A stretch of 64,000 nucleotides of DNA from Candidatus Poribacteria bacterium (GTDB lineage Bacteria; Poribacteria; WGA-4E; PCPOR2b): positions 3,360,001 to 3,424,000 of the forward strand of contig OZ240245.1 of NCBI GenBank assembly GCA_965198175.1, given 5' to 3'. A program made the position numbers and the translations under genes. This document shows, in pieces, positions 28,937 to 39,435 of this stretch; within the stretch, counting starts at the first letter, position 1; every line of letters starts with the position of its first letter. The notes under the pieces are model-generated. The model worked only from the letters and a program-made list of their open reading frames with translations. It was not told where the DNA came from and made no database searches.

Positions 28937-29950
28937 CTACTGTCCAGTAACACTCACAACGTTGGTCGGATATTCGCCAACGGGAATCGGCGCGTCGAAT
29001 ATCCCTGTCCGAAGATCGACACGGACAACGGAAGATATGTCCCTTGAGAGAATTGCTTGGTTGGAATCGCTATAGAACACAGGAGCTCCTGCGTCCAATT
29101 CGAGCAGTACCTCCCCCGTCATTCTGTCTATGGTTCTAAGGATATATTGAACAGGGTTTTCATTCTCTCGCGGAACGTCTCTCCTCCTGCTGTGAATGAC
29201 AGAAAGCGGACCAGCGATACGCTTCCATGAGGGATTGAGGCCTTGCCGCGAAGCGAACAGCTCTGGTGCCGACATAGAAGCTACCTCTTCACCGGTCTCC
29301 AGACTGTATGTTTCATAGTATATTTTACCCCTTACAGACCAGACTTTGGTGGCGAACCGCCCGTCGTCAGAGAAGGTACAATTCTGCTGGTTTCGGGTCG
29401 CGTAGAACCCCGGGAGATGGCGCAGAATTGCACCGGTCTCCGCATCGACCGCCACGTCGCCCCCCTGATACTTCGGATGGGCATAACCCGCGAAAATCGT
29501 TTTGCCATCGGGAGAAACTTTCAGGCCGTAGACAGCAGTAATATCCAACCATCTACCTTTAGGCGGCCCCATCTCGAGATGAAACTTCCGCTTAACCTGC
29601 ATCGTACTGACATCGACAATGACAATCGGAAAATAGTCCGTCTGGAAATCCGTTTTTGTACTGCCAATATAATACCCTCTTTCACTGCTGATGTAAAGCG
29701 TTCGACCATCGCGGCTAATATCCAAGCCAGTTGGATTTCCCAGTTCAGGCAGGGGCTCAGAAACCGAAACGACTTGTCCTAGATTGACGTCTATCGTGTA
29801 GATACGTTTATCATCACACGCGACATAAAAATGGGTATTGCCTGAGTCTGTCTTCGGTGTTGCCGCACCGACAGGCGCTGCGAAGACAGCGACAATGAAG
29901 AATAAGGAGAACATCAGCGACCACAGTTTCCTTTTGTGTTTGCTTCCCAT
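28937..29950 (-). CDS. Secreted YncE/YVTN-like beta-propeller protein
   Basis: Signal peptide; PTGLDISRDGRTLY, VSPDGKTIF and IPVGEYP motifs. Confidence 0.7.
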   Translation of the reverse strand: MGSKHKRKLWSLMFSLFFIVAVFAAPVGAATPKTDSGNTHFYVACDDKRIYTIDVNLGQVVSVSEPLPELGNPTGLDISRDGRTLYISSERGYYIGSTKTDFQTDYFPIVIVDVSTMQVKRKFHLEMGPPKGRWLDITAVYGLKVSPDGKTIFAGYAHPKYQGGDVAVDAETGAILRHLPGFYATRNQQNCTFSDDGRFATKVWSVRGKIYYETYSLETGEEVASMSAPELFASRQGLNPSWKRIAGPLSVIHSRRRDVPRENENPVQYILRTIDRMTGEVLLELDAGAPVFYSDSNQAILSRDISSVVRVDLRTGIFDAPIPVGEYPTNVVSVTGQ

Positions 29951-29972
29951 TTTACAACTCCTCCATTTTATA

Positions 29973-30221
29973 AACCAATGGTGCTAGTTTAGAATTTTGG
30001 CGAATGGAATTCTCGGATGCTGGTAGAAACCATTTTGTCAATATTGACAGTAGATTTTAAAAAGCCACGCATCGCCGTTGGGATTACTTCAAAACGCGAG
30101 TCGGTTTCACAATGGCTTTGTTTAATCTCTTTAGTGCAGTGGAATGACCTATCCGTAAGCCAAAATGGCTTTGTCCCTTTTTCAATCGCTCAATTCAGTC
30201 TCTGAACTAGCACCAACGGTT
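29973..30221 (+). mobile_element. Internally deleted IS (DDE transposase 3' remnant, IS982-like) with both terminal inverted repeats
   Basis: 21-bp imperfect IRs AACCAATGGTGCTAGTTTAGA / TCTGAACTAGCACCAACGGTT; interior reads GEWNSRMLVETILS..HRRWDYFKTRVGFTMALFN..VQW..GFVPFSIAQFSL* across frameshifts. Confidence 0.7.
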
Positions 30222-30225
30222 AATA

Positions 30226-31863
30226 TCAGTGGGGGTGTCCATGATGGTGCTGTGGGGCGCCCGCCTCCGGCTTTGGTTCTTCTTCCACCTCCGTGATTAA
30301 TGATTCCGTCGTCAACAATAGACCTGCAACACTAGCAGCGTTTTGAAGTGCGGATCTGACAACCTTGGTTGGGTCGACGATTCCTGACTGGATTAAATCT
30401 TCATATTCACCTGTTTGAGCGTTGAATCCATAACCCTCTTCGCTATCTTTGACTTTGGCAACGACTACGGAGCTCTCCTCACCTGCGTTTTCAGTAATCC
30501 TCCGTATTGGTGCCTCCAAGGCTCTGCGGACGATGTTTACGCCGACCACTTGATCGCCTTCAAGTTGGTAATCAGCGAGCGCAGAACCCGCTCTTAACAG
30601 CGCAAGACCTCCCCCCGGAACAATTCCTTCCTCAACAGCTGCACGGGAGGCAGATAAGGCATCTTCAAACCGTGCCTTTTTCTCTTTCATCTCAGTTTCA
30701 GTTGCTGCGCCGACCCGAATTACAGCAACTCCGCCCGCGAGTTTCGCAAGACGTTCCTCTAGTTTTTCGCCATCGTAATCAGAAGTAGTTTCCTCAATCT
30801 GTCGACGAATTTGATCAATGCGCTTTTCAATGTCTGCTTTCAGACCTGCTCCGTCGACAACCGTAGTATCATCCTTGTTAACGATAACCCGCTTTGCGCT
30901 TCCAAGCATGCCAACAACAAGATTTTCCAACCGAATGCCGATGTCTTCCGAAATGACTTGTCCGTTGGTAAGAACACCTAGGTCCCCGAGCATCTCTTTG
31001 CGACGGTCTCCGAAACCCGGTGCTTTTACAGCGACACACTGACAAACGCCGCGCAGTGTATTTACGACCAAGGCGGCTAAGGCTTCGCCTTCAACGTCCT
31101 CTGCGATGATGAGGAGTGACCGACCAAGCTGGACAACTTTCTCCAAGATTGGGACAAGACTAGCCATTGAGCTAATTTTCCCATCATTAATAAGAATCAG
31201 CGGATCTTCCAACTCGGTAACCATCTGCTCGGAGTTGGTCACGAAATGTGGGGAGAGATACCCGCGGTCAAATTGCATCCCGTCAACATAATCCACGTTC
31301 GTATCAGAACTCTTTCCTTCTTCAACTGTGATGACGCCATCCTCGCCCACTTTGTCCATTGCATCTGCGATGAGTCTCCCAATCACAGAAGCATTCGCCC
31401 GATCATTCGCCGCAATCGAGGCAACCTGCGCGATTTCGTCGTGTGTGCTAATAGCCGTACTCTGATTCTTGAGCGCTTCGACAACAGTCACCACCGTTTT
31501 CTCGATGCCAATCTTTAGTTGCATCGAATCCATGCCCGCGGCAACACTCTTGAGTCCCTCATGGATAATCTCCTGTGCCAACACGGTTGCGGTTGTCGTG
31601 CCATCGCCTGCCACGTCGTTGGTCTTGGTGGCAACCGATTTTAACAACTGCGCCCCCATGTTCTCAAATTGATCGGGAAGTTCAATCTCCTTAGCGACGG
31701 TAACGCCATCACTCGTAATTACCGGCGATCCAAAGGATTTCTGAAGTATGACATTGCGACCACGAGGACCAAGTGTGACTGATACCGCTTGCGCGAGCGT
31801 GTCAGCACCCCGCTGGAGGGCTTCTCGGGCTTCTACATCAAAAATCAGTTGTTTTGCTGCCAT
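30226..31863 (-). CDS. groEL: Chaperonin GroEL
   Basis: [25 protein letters not shown] and DPTKVVR motifs; His-rich tail. Confidence 0.99.
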   Translation of the reverse strand: MAAKQLIFDVEAREALQRGADTLAQAVSVTLGPRGRNVILQKSFGSPVITSDGVTVAKEIELPDQFENMGAQLLKSVATKTNDVAGDGTTTATVLAQEIIHEGLKSVAAGMDSMQLKIGIEKTVVTVVEALKNQSTAISTHDEIAQVASIAANDRANASVIGRLIADAMDKVGEDGVITVEEGKSSDTNVDYVDGMQFDRGYLSPHFVTNSEQMVTELEDPLILINDGKISSMASLVPILEKVVQLGRSLLIIAEDVEGEALAALVVNTLRGVCQCVAVKAPGFGDRRKEMLGDLGVLTNGQVISEDIGIRLENLVVGMLGSAKRVIVNKDDTTVVDGAGLKADIEKRIDQIRRQIEETTSDYDGEKLEERLAKLAGGVAVIRVGAATETEMKEKKARFEDALSASRAAVEEGIVPGGGLALLRAGSALADYQLEGDQVVGVNIVRRALEAPIRRITENAGEESSVVVAKVKDSEEGYGFNAQTGEYEDLIQSGIVDPTKVVRSALQNAASVAGLLLTTESLITEVEEEPKPEAGAPQHHHGHPH

Positions 31864-31914
31864 ATTTTTCTCTCCTGTAGCATCGTTATTTTTTCAACGT
31901 GATAGTGGATATTG

Positions 31915-31941
31915 TTAGCACTCATTCTTAGTGAGTGCTAG
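31915..31941. promoter_or_regulatory. CIRCE element (HrcA operator)
   Basis: TTAGCACTC-N9-GAGTGCTAG between the promoter and the groEL start. Confidence 0.95.
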
Positions 31942-31952
31942 CCGAATACGAA

Positions 31953-31982
31953 ATTATACCTCACAACTTCGCAAAAAGTCAA
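31953..31982 (-). promoter_or_regulatory. Sigma-70 promoter of groEL
   Basis: TTGACT-N18-TATAAT on the minus strand. Confidence 0.75.
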
Positions 31983-32019
31983 CCTGATTTCTCAATTCAC
32001 TGATTTGCGACATTTCGTA

Positions 32020-32757
32020 TCAGTTGATTCCATCCCAATATTGCCACATGTCTTCAGGCGTTCCGTACTTAATCTGATCCAAATCTTTCCGACTCATCCG
32101 GCCAATCAGCGCAATTCGAACATTGCGGCTGATGTTTGTGGAGGCTGTGTGGGAAAGTTGATTATGCCAAAAGCAGACATCGCCTAGCCCACCAGTGACT
32201 TCCACCCCTACGCCGAGGTCAAAAGGAGCAACGCCACCGTCCAAGCTATCAATATCGTGGTGTCTGAAATACTCCGAAAAAATTCTATGACTCCCCGGCC
32301 AAACCATAAACCCGCCGCCTTTACCTTCCACTCTGCTGAGATAAATCGTCACACCAAGAGTAAATGTACTCACAGCGCCTTTAGGACCACCGTTCGTCGG
32401 CGTGTAATAGCCGTCAAGATGCCCAGTTGGCGGATGCCACTCACTCCTTGGGGCTGGGAAATTTAGGTGGGGTGTTACCCCGCCTTCGGTACGTAACGCT
32501 CCTTTGCCCACCATCTCTTCTGCCATCGCGAACACGGGGTCGCTATAGATAGTCCGCTTGAGTGCTTCTGTTCCTCCGATGTCGAAGGCGTGGTAACCTT
32601 TGCCAATCCAGGAATCCGAATCATTTCGATCTGCCTCAACATTGTCCCAAATGACATCTAACGCCGCGTCGATCTTATGTCGATCGAGCGCCTCCCGAAT
32701 TACGACGTATCCGTTTTCTTTGAAGTAAACTTTATCTACCTCAACTAAACAAGCCAT
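32020..32757 (-). CDS. Phytanoyl-CoA dioxygenase (PhyH) family protein
   Basis: FKENGYVV, HLD, PGSH and GDVCFWH..LSH Fe(II)/2OG motifs. Confidence 0.88.
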   Translation of the reverse strand: MACLVEVDKVYFKENGYVVIREALDRHKIDAALDVIWDNVEADRNDSDSWIGKGYHAFDIGGTEALKRTIYSDPVFAMAEEMVGKGALRTEGGVTPHLNFPAPRSEWHPPTGHLDGYYTPTNGGPKGAVSTFTLGVTIYLSRVEGKGGGFMVWPGSHRIFSEYFRHHDIDSLDGGVAPFDLGVGVEVTGGLGDVCFWHNQLSHTASTNISRNVRIALIGRMSRKDLDQIKYGTPEDMWQYWDGIN

Positions 32758-32772
32758 TGCGTTCCTCTACTA

Positions 32773-33987
32773 CTATGCCCAGCCTTGGCTGACGCCACCA
32801 ACCCGCTGTGTGCGAATTGTCTCAAAGTAGCCGCTCTTGCGGTAAGCTGCCAACGGGTGAGGGGTTCTGTCCATTTCCAGACGCACCTGTTCAAGTAGTG
32901 GTGATACGTCCGTTTCGTATGCCCTTTGCAAAATTTGCTCGGCATCAATAATCTCCCCCGCATCCTGTGCCTCGGCAAGCGCCATCCGGTCGACGATTAG
33001 CGCTTTTGCGTATGCGGTCTGCAGGTTGCAGACGGATTGAATGCTCGCTTCAACCTTGGGCTTGAGGTTGTGGCTTTGATCGATCATGTACGCGATATCC
33101 GTCTTAGTGTCCGGGTCCAATTCCGCTGCGACAAGCTCCGTGTAGATGAGGAAAAGCTCTTGCGGGTTGATTGTCCCAACGGTCAGATCATCATCGGCAA
33201 ACTTTCGGCAATTGAAGTGGAACCCGCCAAGTTTCCCTTCGTCAATGAGATAGGCGACGATATATTCGATGTTTGTGCCTTGTGGGTGGTGCCCGAGGTC
33301 AATCAACACCTGGGCCTTAGTTCCCAACTTTGTCGCCATCACGTAGGCGTTCCCCCAATCTGCAAGGTCGGTGTGATAAAACGCAGGCTCGAAGAATTTG
33401 TACTCGATGAGCATGCGTACATTATCACCCAGCGCGTCATAAACCTCGCGCAGACATTCGTACATCCAGCTCTTGCGCCTCCGAAAATTTCCTTGACCGG
33501 GAAAATTTGTCCCATCGGCGAACCAGAGGCTTAGTAACGTTGATTCGGTAATCTTCATAATCTCCACACATTCAAGCATGTGGTCGGCGGCAAGACGCCG
33601 GATGGTTGGGTCATGGTTACAGATGCTTCCCAACTTGTATTCTTGCCCTTGAAAGACGTTCGGATTAATTGCCCCGATACCGATGCCCACTTCTGCCGCA
33701 TACTGTTTTAGCCCCTCCCAATCATCTGTCTTATCCCAGGGGATGTGTAGGGCGACGGTCGGCGAAATACCCGTGAATCTGTGGACGGTGGCTGCATCTT
33801 CGAGACGTTCCCTAGCATTCCGTGCAGCACCGGGTTGGGCAAACACACCGAATCGTGTTCCTGAATTCCCGTATCCCCAGGACGGGGTTTCAATGTGTTG
33901 TCTTTTCAGTTGGGATTTGACCGCTTCAATCTCAATCCCTTGTTTTTCCAGGTCTTCCGCTAGTAAATCATATTTGGGATTGCTCAC
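32773..33987 (-). CDS. rhaI: L-rhamnose isomerase (RhaI-type, xylose isomerase-like TIM barrel)
   Basis: [32 protein letters not shown] and DDDL motifs. Confidence 0.9.
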   Translation of the reverse strand: MSNPKYDLLAEDLEKQGIEIEAVKSQLKRQHIETPSWGYGNSGTRFGVFAQPGAARNARERLEDAATVHRFTGISPTVALHIPWDKTDDWEGLKQYAAEVGIGIGAINPNVFQGQEYKLGSICNHDPTIRRLAADHMLECVEIMKITESTLLSLWFADGTNFPGQGNFRRRKSWMYECLREVYDALGDNVRMLIEYKFFEPAFYHTDLADWGNAYVMATKLGTKAQVLIDLGHHPQGTNIEYIVAYLIDEGKLGGFHFNCRKFADDDLTVGTINPQELFLIYTELVAAELDPDTKTDIAYMIDQSHNLKPKVEASIQSVCNLQTAYAKALIVDRMALAEAQDAGEIIDAEQILQRAYETDVSPLLEQVRLEMDRTPHPLAAYRKSGYFETIRTQRVGGVSQGWA

Positions 33988-34190
33988 ACTGTGTTCTCCC
34001 CGTAATTACCTATTTTTCCTCGATCTACTCGTTTCCGGCGCAAAAATCATGTCTACTGCAACCAAAACAGACAGAAGTGGTTCAAAGGATAAGATGGCTT
34101 CCAAGTCAATCGGCAATCCTCACTGAAGATCGCTCAGATAGTAGCACATCTTCCTTTTCCCGTCAACCAAAATATTCCCGGAAAATTGCC

Positions 34191-34219
34191 TTGATAGGGC
34201 TATATGTGTAGGTTATAAT
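34191..34219 (+). promoter_or_regulatory. Sigma-70 promoter of the glycyl-tRNA synthetase gene
   Basis: TTGATA-N17-TATAAT. Confidence 0.7.
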
Positions 34220-34266
34220 GATGGAAGAACAAGCGAGTTGGAATAGGGACATCGCATGGAGGAAAA

Positions 34267-35568
34267 ATGATGGTATCAATGGAAACAATCACCTCCCTTT
34301 GCAAAAGGCGAGGTTTTATCTTTCAGAGTAGCGAAATATACGAGGGACTTGCCGGTTGTTGGGATTTCGGTCCACTCGGTGTTGAATTGGTGCGCAACGT
34401 AAAGGAAGCTTGGTGGAAAACCGTTGTGCATCATCGAGATGATATGGTGGGACTAGATGCATCGATATTGATGCACCCACAAGCTTGGGTTGCATCGGGA
34501 CACGTTGAAAACTTTACAGATCCGATGGTTGATTGTAAGCGCTGCAAACGGCGTTTTCGCGCTGACCACATCGGCACAGAGAACTGTCCCGATTGCGGCG
34601 GTGAATTGACCGATGAGCGACAATTTAATCTGATGTTCAAGACGTTCCTAGGTCCTGTCGAGGACGAGGCTTCAGAAGTGTATCTGCGTCCAGAAACTGC
34701 CCAAGGCATTTTTGTGAACTTCAAGAACGTATTAGACTCTATGCGACCCAAAATCCCCTTTGGAATTGCCCAAATTGGGAAAGCGTTTCGGAACGAAATC
34801 ACCGTCGGAAATTTCATATTCCGTGTTCGAGAATTTGAGCAGATGGAGATTGAGTATTTTGTGAAGCCGGGGACAGATGAAGAATGGCATGAGCGATGGA
34901 TTTCAGGCCGTTCTAACTGGTACGTGCAGCTAGGCATTCGCAAAGAGAATTTGAGATGCCGTCCGCATGAAGAAGATGAACTCGCCCACTATAGCAAATC
35001 ATGTGTGGACATCGAGTATCTTTTCCCGATGGGATGGTCAGAATTGGAAGGGATCGCCAGCCGCAGCGATCACGATCTCTCCGTGCATGCCAAACATAGC
35101 AAAAAGGATTTGCACTATTACGACACGGTAGCTGAAGAACATTACGTGCCCTATGTCATCGAGCCTTCAGTCGGTGTTGGCCGCGCGGCATTGGCTTTCC
35201 TGATTGATGCTTATCGGGAAGAAGAGGTGTCGGGAAGAAAGCGGACGGTACTTCGACTCCACAAAGACCTCGCTCCGATCAAGGTCGCCGTGTTGCCACT
35301 GCTGAGAAATCGACCTGCTATCGTTCAACGCGCAAAAGAAATTACGCATACGTTGCAGAAAGAGTTTGTCGCGGTCTATGACGATACCGCTGGTATTGGA
35401 CGCCTGTATCGGCGGCAAGATGAAATTGGCACGCCCTATTGTGTTACTGTTGATGTCGAATCTTTGGACGACCGCGCCGTCACTATCCGTGAGCGTGACA
35501 GTATGGAACAGACCCGCGTTTCTGTTGACCAACTAGTAGAGACACTTACCGAAGAGTTAAAATCTTAA
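34267..35568 (+). CDS. glyQS: Glycine--tRNA ligase, homodimeric alpha2 type
   Basis: LRPETAQG, GKAFRNEI, REFEQME, EPSVG and YRRQDEIGTP motifs. Confidence 0.97.
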   Translation: MMVSMETITSLCKRRGFIFQSSEIYEGLAGCWDFGPLGVELVRNVKEAWWKTVVHHRDDMVGLDASILMHPQAWVASGHVENFTDPMVDCKRCKRRFRADHIGTENCPDCGGELTDERQFNLMFKTFLGPVEDEASEVYLRPETAQGIFVNFKNVLDSMRPKIPFGIAQIGKAFRNEITVGNFIFRVREFEQMEIEYFVKPGTDEEWHERWISGRSNWYVQLGIRKENLRCRPHEEDELAHYSKSCVDIEYLFPMGWSELEGIASRSDHDLSVHAKHSKKDLHYYDTVAEEHYVPYVIEPSVGVGRAALAFLIDAYREEEVSGRKRTVLRLHKDLAPIKVAVLPLLRNRPAIVQRAKEITHTLQKEFVAVYDDTAGIGRLYRRQDEIGTPYCVTVDVESLDDRAVTIRERDSMEQTRVSVDQLVETLTEELKS

Positions 35569-35739
35569 GGTGCAAGACATACAACACGATCCAATGGTAA
35601 CGCTTAAGTGGTTGGGCATGGCGCGATTGTAGTTCACCCAGTGCGAGTCTCGCTGTAAAGTCCATAAACAAGTTCTAATCTCGAACAATAAAGTTGCCCC
35701 ACTCCTATCGGGGTAAGTAAACCACTGGAGATTCCTCAA

Positions 35740-36225
35740 ATGAAAGGGACAATTCACAAAGCTCAATTGGCTGACGTGACCCACATGGTTGAACTCTCCG
35801 AGCGAAAGCGCGCACAGTATGAGAGACATAAGCCCAACTTTTGGAGAAAAGCTAAGGATTCTGCCCAAAAGCAGCTACCGTATTTTGAGCAACAGATAGG
35901 GAATGATCATGTAATCTCCCTCATTCATGAACAAGATGGAATCATTGATGGCTTTGTTATCGCCATGCTTGTATCTGCGCCGGAGGTCTATGATCCTGGC
36001 GGGCTTAGTTGCGTCGTTGACGACTTCGTGGTTAGCGATCCGAGTCTTTGGCAAAACGTAGGCGTAGCGTTGATAAATGAGGTCATCCATGAAGCAAAGA
36101 GCCGGGGAGCGGTGCAGAGTATCGTTGTGTGTGGACATCACGACATACCTAAACGAACAATGCTCGCTTCCACGGGATGCGCGATTGCATCTGAATGGTG
36201 GGTGAAACGATTTGAGGATTCGTAA
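35740..36225 (+). CDS. GNAT-family N-acetyltransferase
   Basis: VDDFVV...WQNVGVALI motif A-like segment; 161 aa. Confidence 0.8.
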   Translation: MKGTIHKAQLADVTHMVELSERKRAQYERHKPNFWRKAKDSAQKQLPYFEQQIGNDHVISLIHEQDGIIDGFVIAMLVSAPEVYDPGGLSCVVDDFVVSDPSLWQNVGVALINEVIHEAKSRGAVQSIVVCGHHDIPKRTMLASTGCAIASEWWVKRFEDS

Positions 36226-36279
36226 TAATACTACAACGAGACTTAAATTCATTCATTGAAATAAGGAGGAGAAATCAAA

Positions 36280-37290
36280 ATGATTCGCGAAGCAATTCAG
36301 AAAGTCGTCAATGGGCGAGATCTAACCGAAAGTGAAACTATTGACACCATGAATGGAATCATGAGCGGAGAGGCAACCGATGCTCAAATTGCTTGCTTCA
36401 TTACCGCCTTACGATTGAAGGGCGAAACTGTTGAAGAGATTACCGGCGCTGCGCGTGTGATGCGTGAAAAAGCGACTCCGGTGAATACCAAACATGCGTT
36501 GGTTGTCGATACATGCAGTACGGGTGGCACCCGTTTGGACTCGTTCAACATTTCAACTACTTCCGCCTTCGTGGTTGCAGGCACAGGGGTGCCGGTGGCA
36601 AAACATGGCAATCGAGGGGTGACCAGGACGACCGGTAGTGCGAACGTATTGATGGCACTCGGTGTGAATATTGAGATTACGCCGGAACATGTCGGTCGGT
36701 GCATCGATGAGGTCGGTATTGGGTTCCTCTTTGCGCCAATGTTGCACAGTGCGATGAGACATGCAATCGGCCCACGTCGAGAAATCGGGATCCGCACGAT
36801 TTTCAATACCGTCGCCCCCCTGACTAACCCGGCAGGTGTGCAGGCACAAGTGGTCGGAGTCTACGCGCCTGAACTCACAGAACAGCACGCGAACGCACTC
36901 AACAGTTTTGGGAGTAAACACGCCTTCGTCGTGCATGGGAACGATGGATTAGATGAAATCACAACAACGACAACCACGCAGGTCTCGGAGTTGGTAAATG
37001 GTGGCGTGACAACCTATACTCTTGATCCAACCGAATTAGGAATTCCCAAGGCACAGCCCGAAGATCTCCTTAGTGAGACGCCAGATGGAAATGCCGAAAT
37101 GACGTTGCGGATACTCAATGGCGAAAAGGGACCGAAGCGGGATATTGTTGCGATTAATGCAGCGGCGGCGATTATCGCTGGTGGGAAAGCTGAAAATTTG
37201 AAGGAAGGACTAATGTTCGCAGCAGCGTCGATCGATTCGGGCAAGGCATTGGAGAAATTAGAGGGGTTGAAGTCCATGTCGAATGCGTAG
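36280..37290 (+). CDS. trpD: Anthranilate phosphoribosyltransferase
   Basis: DTCSTGG..FNIST, KHGNR, RTIFN and GLDE motifs. Confidence 0.93.
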   Translation: MIREAIQKVVNGRDLTESETIDTMNGIMSGEATDAQIACFITALRLKGETVEEITGAARVMREKATPVNTKHALVVDTCSTGGTRLDSFNISTTSAFVVAGTGVPVAKHGNRGVTRTTGSANVLMALGVNIEITPEHVGRCIDEVGIGFLFAPMLHSAMRHAIGPRREIGIRTIFNTVAPLTNPAGVQAQVVGVYAPELTEQHANALNSFGSKHAFVVHGNDGLDEITTTTTTQVSELVNGGVTTYTLDPTELGIPKAQPEDLLSETPDGNAEMTLRILNGEKGPKRDIVAINAAAAIIAGGKAENLKEGLMFAAASIDSGKALEKLEGLKSMSNA

Positions 37291-37313
37291 GAATATTCAA
37301 ATGAGGTGAGGTC

Positions 37314-38354
37314 ATGGATTTGGTCACATTTGGCGAGGCGATGGTACGGCTCACTTCACCGGATTTCATGCGTCGCGAGCAGGCATCAACGCTACACATG
37401 AACGTGGGCGGGGCTGAGCTCAATGTTGCTATCAATGCATCCCAGTTAGGATTACACACTACATGGGTCTCTCGACTTGTTGATAATTGGTCCGGGCGCT
37501 TTATCCAAAACAAGGGACGCGAAATGGGTGTTGATATGTCTCAAATCGTTTGGGCTCCATTCGACGGAATCGGGCTTGAACGTAACGGTTTTTACCACGT
37601 TGAACTGGGGGCGGGTCCCCGTGCGAGCAGCGTCACTTATGACCGCGGTTATACGGCAATCTCAAAGATTAAACCCGGCGAAGTGGATTGGAAGTCCATC
37701 TTTCGATACTCCCGCTGGTTTCACTTGAGCGGCATCACCCCGGCGTTATCGGAATCTGCCGCCGCAGAATCCTATGAGGCGCTAAAAGCTGCACGTGCAA
37801 TCGGCGTGACAACGAGCTACGATCTGAATTATCGTGCGAAGTTGTGGAGTCCAGAACGGGCACAAACTGTCAATCGCGCAATGATGGAATATGTCTGCGT
37901 GTTAGTGGGGAACGAAGAAGATTTTGAGAAAGCCCTTGGCATAAAGGCGGACGGAACGACAGACAGCTATAGTAAACTCGCTCCGGAAAGCTACAAAACG
38001 GTTGCGAAGCGCGTGGTCAATCAATACACCAATGTTGAAATGATTGCCACAACTTTGCGCGATGCCAAAACGGGCTGGTTAAACGACTGGCGCACTCTCT
38101 TGTTCGACGGAGACGCATTTTACTTGTCGCGCGTTTACGAGAATCTCGAACTTGTGGATCGTGTGGGCGGCGGTGATAGCTTCTCAGCAGGGCTAATTTA
38201 CAGTCTGCTCAACGGTAAGTCTCCACAAGAGGCGGTCGATTTCGCTGGAGCGTACTCGGCACTTGCACACACTTTCCCCGGCGATTTTAACTGGGCAACG
38301 GCTGAAGAGGCTGAAAAAGTGATTAAGGCGGGCAGCGTGCGAATTAGTCGTTAA
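37314..38354 (+). CDS. PfkB-family sugar kinase (2-keto-3-deoxygluconate kinase-like)
   Basis: FGEAM, GGAELN, YDLNYR and DRVGGGDSF motifs. Confidence 0.9.
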   Translation: MDLVTFGEAMVRLTSPDFMRREQASTLHMNVGGAELNVAINASQLGLHTTWVSRLVDNWSGRFIQNKGREMGVDMSQIVWAPFDGIGLERNGFYHVELGAGPRASSVTYDRGYTAISKIKPGEVDWKSIFRYSRWFHLSGITPALSESAAAESYEALKAARAIGVTTSYDLNYRAKLWSPERAQTVNRAMMEYVCVLVGNEEDFEKALGIKADGTTDSYSKLAPESYKTVAKRVVNQYTNVEMIATTLRDAKTGWLNDWRTLLFDGDAFYLSRVYENLELVDRVGGGDSFSAGLIYSLLNGKSPQEAVDFAGAYSALAHTFPGDFNWATAEEAEKVIKAGSVRISR

Positions 38355-38383
38355 GCAGGAATTGCTAAATTGGTCGTTTGTCT

Positions 38384-39391
38384 TCAAGGCGACCGCTGCA
38401 TTTCGGTTAACTTCTCTCGGACAGTTTCCCACACTTCATCGACCGTGATGAGTTTCATACAGATATTGTCTTTACACTTATCGGTGAACTGCTTACACGG
38501 ATTGCACGGCACGTGATGGCGGACGGTTGTATGGATGGGTTCTAGCGGTCGAAAACGGATGTGATTACCCGGACCAAACAGCGCAACGGTTGGAGTGCGT
38601 ACCGCTGCCGCAATGTGCATGGGTCCCGTGTCGTTCGCGATGAAAAGATTACACGCCTCGATTAACGCCGCAAATTGGCGAATCGGTATATTCGCGGTAA
38701 AGGTAGTTGCCCGCGCTGTCATGAGATAGGCGATGTGATTGACAAGTTCTCCCTCATTTGGACCACCAAAGATAAGCACTTGTGCGTCAAAATACTTGAT
38801 TACTCGATCGCCGATGGCAGCAAAACGGTTTGGCATCCACTCTCGTAATTTCCACCCCGCTCCTGGGAATAACGCCACCTTAAGTCGATTTAGATGAACA
38901 CCTTTCGCAGCGAGGATGGCGCAGCCCCTCTCTCGATCTGAGTCCGACAAAAACAACTCCAACGTCCGATCTGTCGGCTCAATGCCCAGTGGGTAGAGCA
39001 GATCGAAATATCGATTAATGGCGTGTTTGTTGGCGCGGTCCGGCACGTTCAGCCCGTTTGGTCGTCCTACGCGGCATTTTGAGCCGCTCAGATACGCGAG
39101 CAAACTGGTGCGGAACTTGCCCTGGAAATCGATTGTGAGATCGAAGTTTCGTCGTCTCAAGAGACGGACGATTCGCATCATTTCACTGGTATCCTTGTTT
39201 CTCGCAGTCCGATCAAACGGGATGACCTCGTCGAGGTGAGGGTTCTGCGTGAGCAGATCGGCAAACTGTTGCGCAACAAGCATTGAAATCCGCGCCTTTG
39301 GATAGTGGTGCCGCACCGCACGAATAGCCGGCGAGGTGAGTACAATGTCGCCAAGCGAGCTGAGCCGGATGAGAAGGATGTTTTCGTTCAT
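38384..39391 (-). CDS. Glycosyltransferase family 9 (LPS heptosyltransferase-like)
   Basis: RLSSLGDIV and NDTGPMHIAAA...LFGP motifs. Confidence 0.93.
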   Translation of the reverse strand: MNENILLIRLSSLGDIVLTSPAIRAVRHHYPKARISMLVAQQFADLLTQNPHLDEVIPFDRTARNKDTSEMMRIVRLLRRRNFDLTIDFQGKFRTSLLAYLSGSKCRVGRPNGLNVPDRANKHAINRYFDLLYPLGIEPTDRTLELFLSDSDRERGCAILAAKGVHLNRLKVALFPGAGWKLREWMPNRFAAIGDRVIKYFDAQVLIFGGPNEGELVNHIAYLMTARATTFTANIPIRQFAALIEACNLFIANDTGPMHIAAAVRTPTVALFGPGNHIRFRPLEPIHTTVRHHVPCNPCKQFTDKCKDNICMKLITVDEVWETVREKLTEMQRSP

Positions 39392-39435
39392 TTCTGGGAG
39401 ACTATGTCTGTAGGAAGCCCCTCCTACAGATTGCT

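Noticed and set aside
34126..34266. T-box leader upstream of glyQS
   Set aside because: The leader after the promoter is only about 40 nt and lacks the T-box motif
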